DNA from: Phyllobates terribilis | Taxonomy: Eukaryota | Direction of reading: 5' to 3' | NCBI RefSeq assembly: GCF_046119375.1 | Contig: NW_027362765.1 | Location: forward strand, 140,926,001 to 140,990,000 | Length of the DNA stretch: 64,000 bases | Part shown: piece after piece, positions 23,653 to 35,816 of the stretch | Position numbering within the stretch: the stretch's first letter is position 1 | Layout: each line of letters starts with the position of its first letter | Position numbers and translations under genes: made by a program | The notes under the pieces: generated by a model | What the model saw: the letters and a program-made list of their open reading frames with translations, nothing else | Database searches by the model: none | What the model was told of the DNA's origin: nothing

Positions 23653-23743
23653 GTTTCTCAACAGCCGACTATCATCCAACAACTTCCAGCAGATTTCACC
23701 CCTCCTCTGTCTCATCCGATCCGATATGGTCGGGCTAAAGAAG
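23653..23743 (+). CDS. PRR29: PRR29 (DUF4587) coding exon: VSQQPTIIQQLPADFTPPLSHPIRYGRAKE-D
   Basis: ttattcctcag acceptor and GAAG|gtgaga donor. GRAKE+D matches human PRR29 GRVKED. An in-frame upstream acceptor at 23573 is possible. The start codon was not found. Confidence 0.8.
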
Positions 23744-24089
23744 GTGAGAGAGGAACTAAATAGTAATGTACCCGGCTCCTCCCCATATCCCATACAATGT
23801 GTCTTATTGACTATTTCACTATATTACGTGAGTGTTCATGAAGGTCCTTGCACCCCTCCCCTTTTGACCATGGAAACCTTATTCACTCGCTCCATTCTGA
23901 TCACTAGTGAAATCCTATTGTTTACACCCTTGAGGAACCTTAAAGAAGAGGAGCCCTTCAGAGGTACACGCCCCTGAGGAAATGGAATAAGTGCACCCAG
24001 AACCTATGGCTCCTTATACCCAAAGAGTATTTTCTGGAAACTTCTATCTTCTGTTTTTGTCTTCATACTTGTGTATCTTTTCCTTGCAG

Positions 24090-24205
24090 ATTTGATAGAG
24101 CTGATGATGATCCAGAACGCTCAAATGCATCAAGTTATAATGAACAACATGACAATGTCTGCTCTCTCCAGTTTTGGATATGGCTCTGCCCCACCTGCCC
24201 CCGTG
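24090..24205 (+). CDS. PRR29: PRR29 coding exon: DLIELMMIQNAQMHQVIMNNMTMSALSSFGYGSAPPAPV
   Basis: DUF4587 signature (human DLLELMMLQNAQMHQ). ttccttgcag acceptor and GTG|gtaagt donor; phases match. Confidence 0.9.
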
Positions 24206-25870
24206 GTAAGTGTTATCAGTAGTGGAGGATGTATGACTGCCGTTCAGGACTCTGGGAAATTTGGGCTGAAGTGAGAAATGTAATGGCAGCCATTATGTTG
24301 TCACCCATCCTTCACATGTAGATATGAATATAAAGAAATGAATGGCTCTGGGACTTTTAGGCTGAGACCCCAGTATATTTAATATCAAGGGTATGTGCAC
24401 ATAACCTCTTTTTCAGCCGGGTGAACCCACTGAGTTTTTCAAGTGGGAGACACTTTAGGAAAGGCTGGCATTTTTTAACAAAAGTGTATTTTTTAGCTTT
24501 TTTTTTGCATTTCCAGAGTGCTTTTTATGACGTTTTGTATGTTTTACCAGCATTTTTGTGGTGTCTCTTTTTACTGACGATTTCTAGGCATTTTTTTTTT
24601 AAATCCATTCAACAATCAAGAAAGTGCTGGTGGTTTTTCAATGCTCAAATAGATGCCCGGGCATGTATTGAGCCTTCCCATTAATGTCTATTATAAAGCA
24701 TAGCATGTCTACAGAGCTCAAAATGCCTGAAAACTGGATCGGTCAATTTTTTTAACCAATTGGCGTCTTTGGAAAATAGATACAGTTAGGCCGGTTTCAC
24801 ACATCCGTATATTTCCGGTACCGGAAAAACCGGTACCGGAGATATCCGTGTCCCATGTGTACATGTGTGTCACACATGTGGTAACCGCGTGCCACATCTG
24901 GACCACACGTACCGACGCTTGTGAATCAGTGTACAGTTAGCACTGTTCCCAAGCACTAGGTGCTGAACGCTGCCCTCATCACTCTTCCCTGCCAGCGCTG
25001 CAATCAGCACCAGCAGGGACAATGATGAGGGTAGTAATGTCTGCTCCCACAGTGTCCAGAATAAAATAAAAAATCCTTATACTCACCTGTCCTAAATGTC
25101 CCCCCTGCAATCCATGCCACCGATCAGCAGAAGAGCCGGGGACAATGACTCCCGCAGAGAGCGAGCACCAGAACTGCTCTCAGTGAGTGACAGGACACCG
25201 CTCCTGAGCTCAGCAGAGGTCCAGGGCCGCTCGCAGGGACACTGGACACTGGATACTATTTCCTACCTTAGATTACTGTACAAAGCCTGCAGCTTAGTTC
25301 ACATTATGATACAAATCACCAGATTAAGTCCTGTAAAGATAGTGAGCCATGAGATAAGAGATCTTAATTCTGAAGCCTGCAGAAATGTGAATGCTGGTCT
25401 GGAGTAAAATACAGTATGCTACTCGGGATCGCTTTAAGGTATGCAATGTATGTACATGGTAGTTCCACCAGGAGAATAGTGAGTGAAGCTCTGAAGTATT
25501 ACAAGATGTAACTGAGGATCAGTACAGGATAAGTAATGTAATGCATGTACACAGTGACTGCACCAGAAGAATGGTGAGTGCAGTTCTGGAGTATAATACA
25601 GGATTAGTACAGGATAAGAAATGTTACTCCATTGTTTTAGTGAATGGGAATGAGCTACACTACCAGGCACAGCCATAACCAAATTTACTATGGTGTGCCT
25701 GGGAACAAGGTGTTCATTAGAGAACTGCAGCTTCTTTGTTTAACTGATCAGCAGCCAGATCCCAATAATTAGATAATAATTACCTATCCCAGAATTAGGC
25801 TATCAATGCTACAGTCAAAGAAAACTCTTTTTAAGAATATATCAGGCATTATCTTCTCTCTTTCTTATAG

Positions 25871-26070
25871 CCAAGTATCCTGCCAGTACAAATGGAAGAC
25901 GACGAACCAATCGTCTACCACCATCATTATGAATCCTACCCAGCCAGCTATCCGACATACCCAACATATCCCATTCTACCTCCTATGGCACCTGTGCCTC
26001 ACCATGAGCCAACCGTGAGACACATCAATCAAGACACACACCCGGCTTCACCCCTACGTAACACAGACCA
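25871..26070 (+). CDS. PRR29: PRR29 coding exon: PSILPVQMEDDEPIVYHHHYESYPASY...PLRNTD-Q
   Basis: VYHHHY matches human PRR29 VFHHHY. tttcttatag acceptor and CA|gtgaga donor (phase 0 to 2). Confidence 0.88.
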
Positions 26071-27475
26071 GTGAGAAGCTTGTTTGCTTGTAAATGATGA
26101 CGGAAATAAAGGCCTGAATATGACCTTTCATGATTAAAGGGAATCCGTGCAAATCCTTCCCCCATGCTTTACCTGGCAGCTCTGCTTTTTGAGACTGGCT
26201 GATGTTAGGACACAAGCTCATCACTAGCTCATCAGGCAGTGCATCATTCTCAGGATAGTCACAAATGTCATATCTGTAAAGGGATTGTCCACCTCTGAAA
26301 ACATTTTTGTTACTTAAATATGTGTAATTTAGGTTAAAAACCTTTTTTCTATTGGATTTAATTTAAAAAAAATGCACCAATTGCTTTCTGTAGTTTCTGT
26401 GTATTACATTATCAATTACTGGCTGCAGAATGAGTTAACTGAGAATCTGTCAGTCAGCCCGCAATGACAGTATAACAGGGAGTTTGTAACTCTAGTGTCT
26501 GTCTTTTTCTGAGCTCTTCTCAGCCGATTGGTGACCACAGACCACATTAAAATTGAATATGCAAGGAATTAAAAAGCCTGTAAAAGTCAAAACAGTTCAA
26601 AATTTTTAATGGATCCCAAATGCAAAAATGATTTGTAGCCACAAATACATGTATTCACATAAACAAAAATGGAAAACCACTTTAAGCCTCCCTCACATTA
26701 CTTGAGGATAGTGATGTAACTATACAGGCCGGGTCATAGAGGTAGTAGTCAATGTAGGTCTTGGTACCTCAGGGGGCCAGAGGCTCCTCTGGCACAAAAG
26801 AAGACACTCTAGTTATAAACGGTAGTGCAAAATACCACGGCGCTGCCATAAGTTATAGTGATAAGTCAGCATGTGTAAATAGAAAGGACGGCCATCTTTT
26901 CGGTCTTTTCCCTGATCACGTCACAGTGTCATATGGTTCTTAGTAGATACAAGGGCTGAATCTGCTATGAACCATAGGTAATGGGCCATGATCAAGGTCC
27001 GAAACATTGGCCGCTTAAGTGAGTGCCGTGACATTTTGCACTATTGTTTGGAGGAACGTTCCCTACTACAGAGCACCTCTGTCTTCTAGCTGAGTGCCGA
27101 CCTGAAATTTGATTGCTCCCATTATAAATGGGACATGGTAGGTGTGGTGGAACATATTATATTTTAAGCATTCAGGTCCAGAAGCTTCTTGTGGGACACC
27201 ATGATGGATTGGCTCACCAGATAGTTTTGAGGGACTATTCTCTAGCTATGCCAAATAAATGTGAGTCCACCTCTAAGTGCACAGTAACCTCTGCTGCTTT
27301 CGAGTTCTGTGGCCATGTCTCATATACTGCCTTAACCTTGGCTGACTTGAGGATCCTTTTCTTGTACGGTGACCCAATCTGACCCTACATGTAGGAAGCA
27401 TTTATATGGTAGGATCAGTATGATAAGGCATGGGTTCCATTTATTAGAAAGAATGTATATGGTTTTGTATACAAC

Positions 27476-27751
27476 TTAAAGAGGTTGTCCACTACTTTAG
27501 CATTGATGACCTATCCTTAGGATAGGTCATCAATGTCTGATTGGTTGGGGTCTGACACCCGGCGGGTCAGCTCTTATCGGTGTCGGCGGCCGCTGGCTGG
27601 AAGTACTCACTTGCGGAGCTGGCCGTCTTCTGATAGTGGTCAACGCCAATAAAAGCTGATCGGCTGGGGTGTCGGGTGTCGGACCCTGACCGATCAGACA
27701 TTGAACCTAAGGATTGGTCATTAATGCTAAAGTAGTGGACAACCACTTTAA
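27476..27751. mobile_element. TTAA-flanked palindromic MITE
   Basis: TTAA-AGAGGTTGTCCACTACTTTAGCATT...AATGCTAAAGTAGTGGACAACCACT-TTAA. A further T2-like end follows directly. Confidence 0.8.
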
Positions 27752-28280
27752 GGAGGACCTGTCACCAGGTCAAAAGTCTAATTTTTAGCTCTTATTTCAT
27801 TCCCATTGCTCCGCTGATTATTATCATTATTATTATTAGTCCCAGATGGGACTTTTTACTTATTGCTAATTTTTATAGAGTTTACTAATGGGCCGTGGCT
27901 AACAGGATTCTTTGGGGGCATGTCCTCACACTGATCTGAATTATTACCCTGTGAGCCACACCCCATTGGTAAAGCGCATAGAAGTTAGCAGTAAATAGAT
28001 CCTCCTTAAAGGGGCTGTGAACCCTTGTTCATATTTTAGAATATGTAGACTTCATAGATGGGGGGTCCTCCACTCAAGACCCTCCCCTATGAGCTGGTGC
28101 AGAGAACTGCTAAATAAGAGCAGCTCCCATTCTGGTGGACGCAATCTGCCCTTGTATTACTTTTATATCAATGGCCAGTATGTATGGCTAAGCTAAATCT
28201 GCCAAACATTAACCCCTTTAAAATTGATGCAGTATCTGGTAAGATTCAGTCATGTAATAAATTGCAATATGTCCTTACAG

Positions 28281-28351
28281 ACGGGCAGTGCCACCACCTC
28301 CACCCCTGAGTGCCACCAGCACGGTAGGAGCAGACATCCGTCCGGCTTCAG
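28281..28351 (+). CDS. PRR29: PRR29 coding exon: [24 protein letters not shown]
   Basis: Matches human [23 protein letters not shown]. ccttacag acceptor and TCAG|gtaaat donor; phase 2 to 1. Confidence 0.93.
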
Positions 28352-28431
28352 GTAAATGAGCCGCCCTTAACATGCTGTGGGGAGACATGGGCCATTGACG
28401 TATCTCACACATCTGCTTCATGTTCTTTCAG

Positions 28432-28466
28432 AATATTATGACCTGACTGAAGCAAGAATGGGATGA
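28432..28466 (+). CDS. PRR29: PRR29 terminal coding exon: EYYDLTEARMG*
   Basis: gttctttcag acceptor. EYYD corresponds to human DYYD. TGA at 28464-28466; candidate AATAAA at 28758-28763. Confidence 0.85.
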
Positions 28467-29384
28467 CCATGAAGACGTCTTAGAAATATATAAATATATT
28501 TATTATTTAATCTACGTTGAGATTCTGTATATAAAGCCTTCACAAGCAGATTTTTGTACAATTAAAATTGGTCCATTATATGTGATATGTTATTTATCAC
28601 ACAGATATACAACAGAGAACTTTTTCACATTAAATACTCTAAGGGATGTTCCCCAACAATTGCTCCTCTTTATCCTGTCCAACCTGATTTCTGCACCTTA
28701 TTGCTATACAGTGAGACACCATGGAGCCTGAGAGGGAAAGTAATGCCATAATGGACCAATAAAGATACTGACATTAACGCCTTACTGTTCATGACCACCA
28801 AGGATGCTGTCATTAACACTTTATTATACTAGACCACCATTTATGTTGAGAGTAACCTTTTAAACATCTAGATTGTCTGGTATTTTGACATTAGTTCCTT
28901 CCCTGTCCTATACCACCTGCGATGCCAGCATCAACCCCTCCCTATCCTGGAACGCCAAGCATTTTGAAACTGATGACCTCATCAATATTGTAGACCATCA
29001 ATAATGTTGGCATTGACCTCTTTAGTACATAGACTACCAGGTCAGCCGACATTACCCCTTAACTACCCTAGACCACTAGCAATATACGAGTCAATGATAT
29101 TAGATTAAAAAAAAATGTATGGACATGAACACAAAATTAAGGCCCATTTAGATTGAATGTTTATTGGGAACATGTGTTTGTTAGAACACTTATTTGCCAA
29201 TTATAGACTTGTGTGAACATGCCAGCAATCACCCAAAGAACCAGCAAAACACTCATTTTGCAGCTGATTTGATCATTCATGAGAGCATTAAAATAATCAT
29301 CAGCTGGGCAGCGGTATTGTAATCTGAGCAGCAGTACTCAGTGTCAGGCAGCAGTTGCAAAAGCAAACCATATTTTAGGGTGTA

Positions 29385-30590
29385 TAAAAAGAGAGAGAAA
29401 ATCCCACGATCCCAAAGTACTGTTACCCCTTTATAAGACACTTGTAAGCCCACATCTTGAATATCTTATCTACTTTTGGGCTCCACATGTTAAAAAAGAA
29501 TATTTGGAAGTTAGAGTATGTTTAAAGACAGCAACTGGATTATTACAAGGGATGGAAGGCCTCTGATAAAATGAGAGGTTAGAAAAGTTGAGCTTGTTTA
29601 GCTTAGATAATGACACCTCAGAGGAGATTTTACATGTATAAATATATGTGGGGTCAGTACCAAGGACTGGCACATGACTTAAGCCCCCGTCTCACATAGC
29701 GATATCGCTAGCGATATCGCTGCTGAGTCACGGTTTTGGTGACTCACCAGCGACCTCACCAGCGATGTCGCTGTGTGTGACACTTTGCAACGATCAGGCC
29801 CCTGCTGTGAGGTCGCTGATCGTTGCAAAGTGTCCTGGACCATTTTTTGGTCGTTAGCCTCCCGCTGGCCAGCACACATCGCTGTGTGTGACCAGCGGGA
29901 CCAACGATCTGGCTGGTAACTATGGTAAACATCGGGTTACTAGGGGCACGCGCGCACTTAGTAACCCGCTGTTTACCATGGATACCACTCTGCTACGGTG
30001 CACGGAGGCTCCCGCGCACCGTAGCAGAGTGGTATCCATGGTAAACAGCGGGTTACTAGGGGCACACGCGCGCTTAGTAACCCGATGTTTACCATAGTTA
30101 CCAGCCTGCTCCTGCTTGCAGCAGGCTGGTAACGGGAGCAGGACATCGTGGAACGATTCTTTCCACGATATCGCTGCTCCCCTGATCGCTGGTGAGCCTG
30201 CCTGTTTGACAGCTCACCAGCGATGTATTAGCGATGCAGCAACGATCCCTGACAGGTCGTATCGTTGTCGGGATCGCTGCTGCATCGCTTAGTGTGACGG
30301 GGCCCTTATTCCTTCCAAAGACCATACTAAGGACCAGGGGGCACTGATTACAGGTGGAGAAAAGGAGATTCCAGCAGCTAATTAGGAAAGGGTTCTTTAC
30401 AGTCAGAGCAGTCAGACTGTGGAAGGCCCTACCACAAGAGGTAGTAATGGCAGATACTAAAACAGCATTTAAAAGTAGGCTGGATGCTTTTCTCAACCAA
30501 TGGCATTGTGGGTTATGAATAATCTAGGAGTAGAGAATGTTGAACTGTTGGAAAAAGGTCTTTTTTCAACCTATATAACCATGTAGCTAT
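29385..30590 (+). mobile_element. CR1 3' fragment interrupted by a Harbinger MITE
   Basis: Reverse complement of the CR1 3' region seen at 290-710 (LYKTLVSPHLEY..FWAPH; FTVRAVRLW). Degenerate tail near 30575-30592. Confidence 0.8.
29682..30305. mobile_element. PIF/Harbinger-type MITE with 3-bp TTA TSD
   Basis: The empty site reconstructed from the other CR1 copies (gcacatgac-tta-ttcc) gives a TTA duplication at 29679-29681 and 30306-30308. TIR AGCCCCCGTCTCAC / GTGACGGGGCCC. Confidence 0.8.
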
Positions 30591-31579
30591 GACAGCACAT
30601 CGTCTGGTGTAAAAATGAGATTCTATCAGACTGAACTATTGAATTAACGATTGTTCTGCACACAAAGAATTCTGGTGACCCTGTCTAAATAGGCAATTAA
30701 ATGTCTGCCGATCGGCGGTCATTGAATTATGGCTTTTAGCATGTATAAATGCACCTTTACAATTCTCTGTAGCATAGGTGGCAACTGTAATGGGGCCCCA
30801 GAGATGTGTGAGGATAGACAAAGCAAACAGAGAGAGATACACAAACTAATCCTTCCACTAATCATCACTGTCATTATTTGTGTAGTCTATGGAGTCAGGA
30901 GAGATGTTGAGTTTCACCTGCCCTAGGAATCTGGACTACAATGTAAGCAGATTGCACAATCCAGATCTGAATACACAAGACATGTCATATGAATCACCAT
31001 GTACAAGTGGCTAATGTTTAAGAACTGTTTACCTGGTCATGAATGCTTTATACACACCTCCGCTTACTGTATACACCCATCACCAGTATGCACTTATTAT
31101 TCATCTCTTCTGTAGTTGCATAGAATCAAGAATAACTGTAATCAAGTGCTTAACCCCAGTACAGAAGTTGATCGTTTGCTTGTTTCTATAGCATTAATAA
31201 GCTGTTGTTCAAGGTAAACTGACATGCAAAGAAGAGAGAAGGATACATAGTAAAAATCAAAATAGACCCCCGAACCCCATTATGGTGCCAGATTTTGTCA
31301 CCCAGAACAGAAGAGCATGGTGTTTGTTTTCTCCTTTTCTTAACACATGAGATGATTATCCACTCCTTTATCTTTAAGCAATGTACTTCTATAGAGAGGA
31401 ATCATCCAACCATTTGTAAAGGGGATGGAACCAGTCAAGGATAGGTCTTATTTCTCCAGACCCAAATCAGCCACATTATCTGCTTCATTGATACATATAC
31501 CCCTAGGTATGCGCAACAGAGATCTTGGGATGCTTTCAAGAATAGTTTATTTTTATCAATTAAAATGCAAAACTGATGA

Positions 31580-31990
31580 ACAAAAGAGAAATCTAAGTCA
31601 AATCAGTATTTGGAGTGGCCATCCTTTGCCCTCAAACCAGCATCAATTCTTCAATGTACACTTGCACACAGTTTTGTAAGGAACTCAGTAAATAGATTGT
31701 TCCAAATATCTTCCCGAACTAACCGCAGATCTTCTGTGGATGTCAGTTTTCACAAGTACTTTTGTATCTTTATAAAATCCCAGACAGTCTTGATGATACT
31801 ATGATCAGAGCTCTGCGGTATCTGTGTGAGATTACAAGAAGAGACTAAAGGATTTGCACAAGCCTACATCCAGAGAAGATCTGTGGTTAGTGCCCCAAGA
31901 TGTTTGGAACAACCTCCCTGACGAGTTCCTTCAAAAACTGTTTGGGGCTGCTGGCACGGGTTGAAGATGGGTAAGGTGGTCTTCCTTATT
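31580..31990 (-). mobile_element. Tc1 remnant (transposase 3' part)
   Basis: Similar to the reverse of Tc1 C-terminal LWxxLQDVW / LRAKGGHSKY segments (cttccc..ctttgccctcaaa). Confidence 0.5.
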
Positions 31991-32714
31991 AATCTTTAAT
32001 ACTGATAGTTTCTTCCACTCCAAGTTCATGTAGCACAACTGTGATTATAGAATTAAATATTATTCTCGGAATAATAGTTAGAGTGGATAAAAGCTGTTAC
32101 ATGTCTAGCAGATGTGTTTGATATATATACCATAAGTGGTCTTAGAGTCCATGCACTAGCACATTATAACCTGATCCATAATAGGCCTGGATGAGATATA
32201 TATAGTGTCAATATATGTTGGTCATTTGCTAGCATTTTGGCCGGAATTTTTATGAGTGGATATAGTGAAATTAGTAATCTAGATGATTTTTTGTGTATAT
32301 ATTGGGGACTTACACTACCCTCGGCCGTTACATTATTGTGGATTAGCAGCCACAAACACCTGTGTCTTCGCAATCGACTATTTTAATATCAATGTAATGT
32401 ATGTTTGTTTTTTTGTACTTATAATAAATTTTTTGTGCAATTTATACATGTTGGTGGACTTTGACTCCATGTCTCTTGTAGGAAATATATGCTAGGGAGT
32501 GTCCATGTGTTTTATTAATTTAGGTCAATATTCTGGGCATTTGGCCGTGATATACAATTATATATATAATGTTTGCAGTTCGGATGATATTGACTATGTG
32601 CAAGTGTACCTAGAAGAATTGATGCTTTGATCCTGCCTACATCTTTTGAACAGTAATGTATATATGTATGTGTATACATATGGTATATATATATATATAT
32701 TATATATATGTGTG

Positions 32715-34050
32715 CACGGTTATGGTTGAAAGTGTTGGCGCCCTTAAAATTGTTCCAGAAAATGAAGTATTTCTCCCAGAAAATTATTGCAATTACATGT
32801 GTACACGACACAAAAAAAATGAGAAAAAAAGGCAAATTGGACATAATTTCAAACAAAACCCTGAAAATGGGCTGGACAAAATTGTTGGCACCCTAAAACT
32901 TAATATTTGGTTGCACACCCTTTCGAATAAATAACTGCAATCAATCACTTCCTATAACCATCAACAAGCTTCTTTCACCTCTCAACTGGAATTTTGGACC
33001 ATTCTTCCTTTGCAAACTCCTCCAGGTCTCATATTTGAAGGGTGACTTCTCCCAACAGCAATCTCCACAGGTGTTCAATGGGATTTAGTTCCGGACTTAT
33101 TGCTGTCCACTTCAGAACTCTCCAGCCCTTTGTTTCCATCCATTTCTGGGTACTTCTTGACGTATGTTTGGAGTCACTGTCCTGCGGGAAGACCCATAAC
33201 CTAGGACGCAAACCCAGCTTTCTGTCACTGGGTACCACATTGCGACCCAAAATCTTTTGGTGATCTTCAGATTTCATGATGCCTTGCACAAAGTCAAGGC
33301 TCCCAGTGCCTGAGGCAGCAAAAAAAAAAATCTTTGAATCTCCACTATATTTGACTGTAGGTACTGTATTCTTTTCTTTGTGTGCTCATTCTGTTTTTGG
33401 TAAACAGTAGAATGATGTGCTTTGCCAAAAAGCTCTATCTTGGTTTCATCTGCCCAAAAGATGCTTTCCCAGAAGGATTTTGGCTTACTCACATACATTT
33501 TGGCAAACTGCAGTCTAGCCTTTTTATGTCTCTGTGTCAGCAGTGGGGTCCTTCTGGGTCTCCTGTCATAGCGTTTACTTTCATTCAGATGTCGACAGAT
33601 AGTTTGCGCTGACACTGATGCACCCTGAGCCTGCAGGACAGCTTGCATTTCTTTGAGACTTGATTGAGGATGCTTATCCACCATCCGGATTATCCTGCAT
33701 TGCAACCTTTCATCAATTTTTCTCTGCCGTTCACGTCCAGAGAGATTAGCTACAGTGTCATGGGTTGTAAACTTGATTATGTTGTGCACCGTGGACAAAG
33801 GAACATCAAGATCTCTGGAGATGAACTTGTAATCTTGAGATTGTTGATATTTTTCAACAATTGTGGTTCTAGAGTCCTCAGACAGGTTTCTTCTCCTCTT
33901 TCTGTTCTCCATGCTTAGTGAGACACACAATGCAAAGATTGAGTCAACTTCTCCCCTTTTTGTTTGGATTCAGGTGTGATTTTCATATTGCCCACACCTG
34001 TTACTTGCCACAGGTGAGTTTCAACGAGCATCACATGCTTGAATCAAAGT
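32715..34050 (-). mobile_element. Tc1 transposon, degenerate, with one recognisable TIR
   Basis: Minus ORFs 33274-33930 (HTH; RRPRRTPLL; IFWADETKIELFG) and 33029-33289 (QDSDSKH..SPELNPIEHLW). Left end CACGGTTATGGTTGAAAGTGTTGGCGCCC with an inner repeat ATTGTTGGCACCC. Confidence 0.9.
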
Positions 34051-35476
34051 TGTGTTCATAATGAAGGATCTCAGAATTTTAAGGAATTTCTGCAGGAAGG
34101 GATATCTGTGTCGGTTACCTAATTACACTGGTCACTCTCCTTGTGGGCTTTCTGGCTGTCACTTAATGTGGAGGCATTGTGGCTGTGGGCTATCATCGTT
34201 CATTGCCACTGTGGGTCTATGGGAGCCTAGCCCCTGTAACAGCCTGCCAAACCTAACTAGGCTTATCTCTCAGAGATGCACCAGTAACGTCATCTAAAAC
34301 TCCCCCATGCTTCTGTGTCCTTGTGATATCTGTGCTTAGTATCCGCAGTAATAAACTTGAAAATGTGCACACTGCACAACAGGATCACCAAGTGGTCAAC
34401 ACAGTCTCATTCCTAGCATTTGCTAGGCACCACCACTAGAAGGTTTCAAGCTGGAACAGCAGTAACACAGGAGAACATTTCTAACAATATTTCACACAGA
34501 TCAATGTTCACACCAATAAAGTTAACTTGTCCAGGTCAACTTTAAGCTAAAGTGTGACATACAGTACTGAAACTTGTCTTTGTGCTTTGTCTGCATGCAG
34601 AACCTTTTCTTCCATTTCAAAAAGCAGAACCAAGAAGGAACCCATGAGGTTATGTGAGCACAGTAATTTTGTGGTTATCAAACAAAGTAAGTTTTCTAGT
34701 CTAAACTGCTTCAGGAACCTCTCCTTGTTTGGAGGACTTTTTCATTTCCTGAAGCATTTCATTTTTCAGTTTTCTTGAAGAGTTTTTTCAAGCTTTTTGG
34801 AGCTTTTTTTCCTGGAGCATTTTTTGCAGCCTTTTGATTGGATACTGAGCAGTTTGGAGCATTTTTTTTTATCAGGAACCACTTCAAAAAAGCAACATCC
34901 ACATTCTTGTCTCCCATCAGGTGTTTTTCAAACCTGAAGCAGAAGAAAAATGCTCAAAAGACTGATCATATGAACAGCAAAATAGTTTTTCTATAGAAAG
35001 GAAGAGTCTTTCAAGCAGTTTTTGAGTGTTTTTTTTTATCAGGCGTCTTTTGGAGAGGACCCTCAAAAATCTCTGTGTGCACATGCCCTAATAATCAATG
35101 GGGACCCCCTGTTTCTGTAAGTAATGCAACAAATCACTTTTTTCTCATGAATTCTGTTTATCTGTTACTGCAATGGAACAGACAAGCCGAATGTGCAAAT
35201 GAACATGTGAACTTAGCTTAACATTCCAGGACTGTTTAAAAGACATAGTGCAGCCAATCCTTCACTATTTGCAGGCTGCTATTTCCCTATGGGTTAAGTC
35301 TGACACAGCCAACTCTGACCAAGCTATTGCAGTGTGTCCCAGATCTGAAGTTTCACACGGCCCCACAATCCTGGTTTCTCATTGAGTTGAAGGCTCAAAC
35401 AACCCACACTGCCTCCACCACTACAGCCACATACGGCCCACGCAGTCTATTAGACAGCTCTGTGACTGCCCGTGAC

Positions 35477-35670
35477 TAGAGATGAGCGAACCCGAACTGT
35501 AAAGTTCTTCTGGAGAAAGAGAGAGATTTTCCAGCTCCAAAGTTCCTGTCCTCATTGATTTCTATGGGGTTTGGGTTCAGGTTCCAGTTCAGGTACAGTT
35601 CTGGTACCCAAACCAAACTTTGGACAAAAGTTCGGTCGAATCCGAACTTCCATGGGTCTGCTCTTTCCTA
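35477..35670. mobile_element. hAT-type MITE (TAGAGATGAGCGAA termini)
   Basis: Perfect 8-bp TSD CCCGTGAC at 35469-35476 and 35671-35678. Confidence 0.85.
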
Positions 35671-35816
35671 CCCGTGACTACAGTTAGCCAGCCTTGCTGT
35701 GTCACACTGTGGCACTTTGGGTCCTCAGGTGGCACTTACACAACTTCAGAAGAGCCTCCATGTAAATATTACTCAACACACATGTTAGATATTACTCATT
35801 GGTACACATTCATATA

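Noticed and set aside
26985-27012. Possible third hammerhead (atgatcaaggtccgaaacattgg)
   Set aside because: The CUGAUGA core and the cleavage triplet cannot be built, and the helices are not supported.
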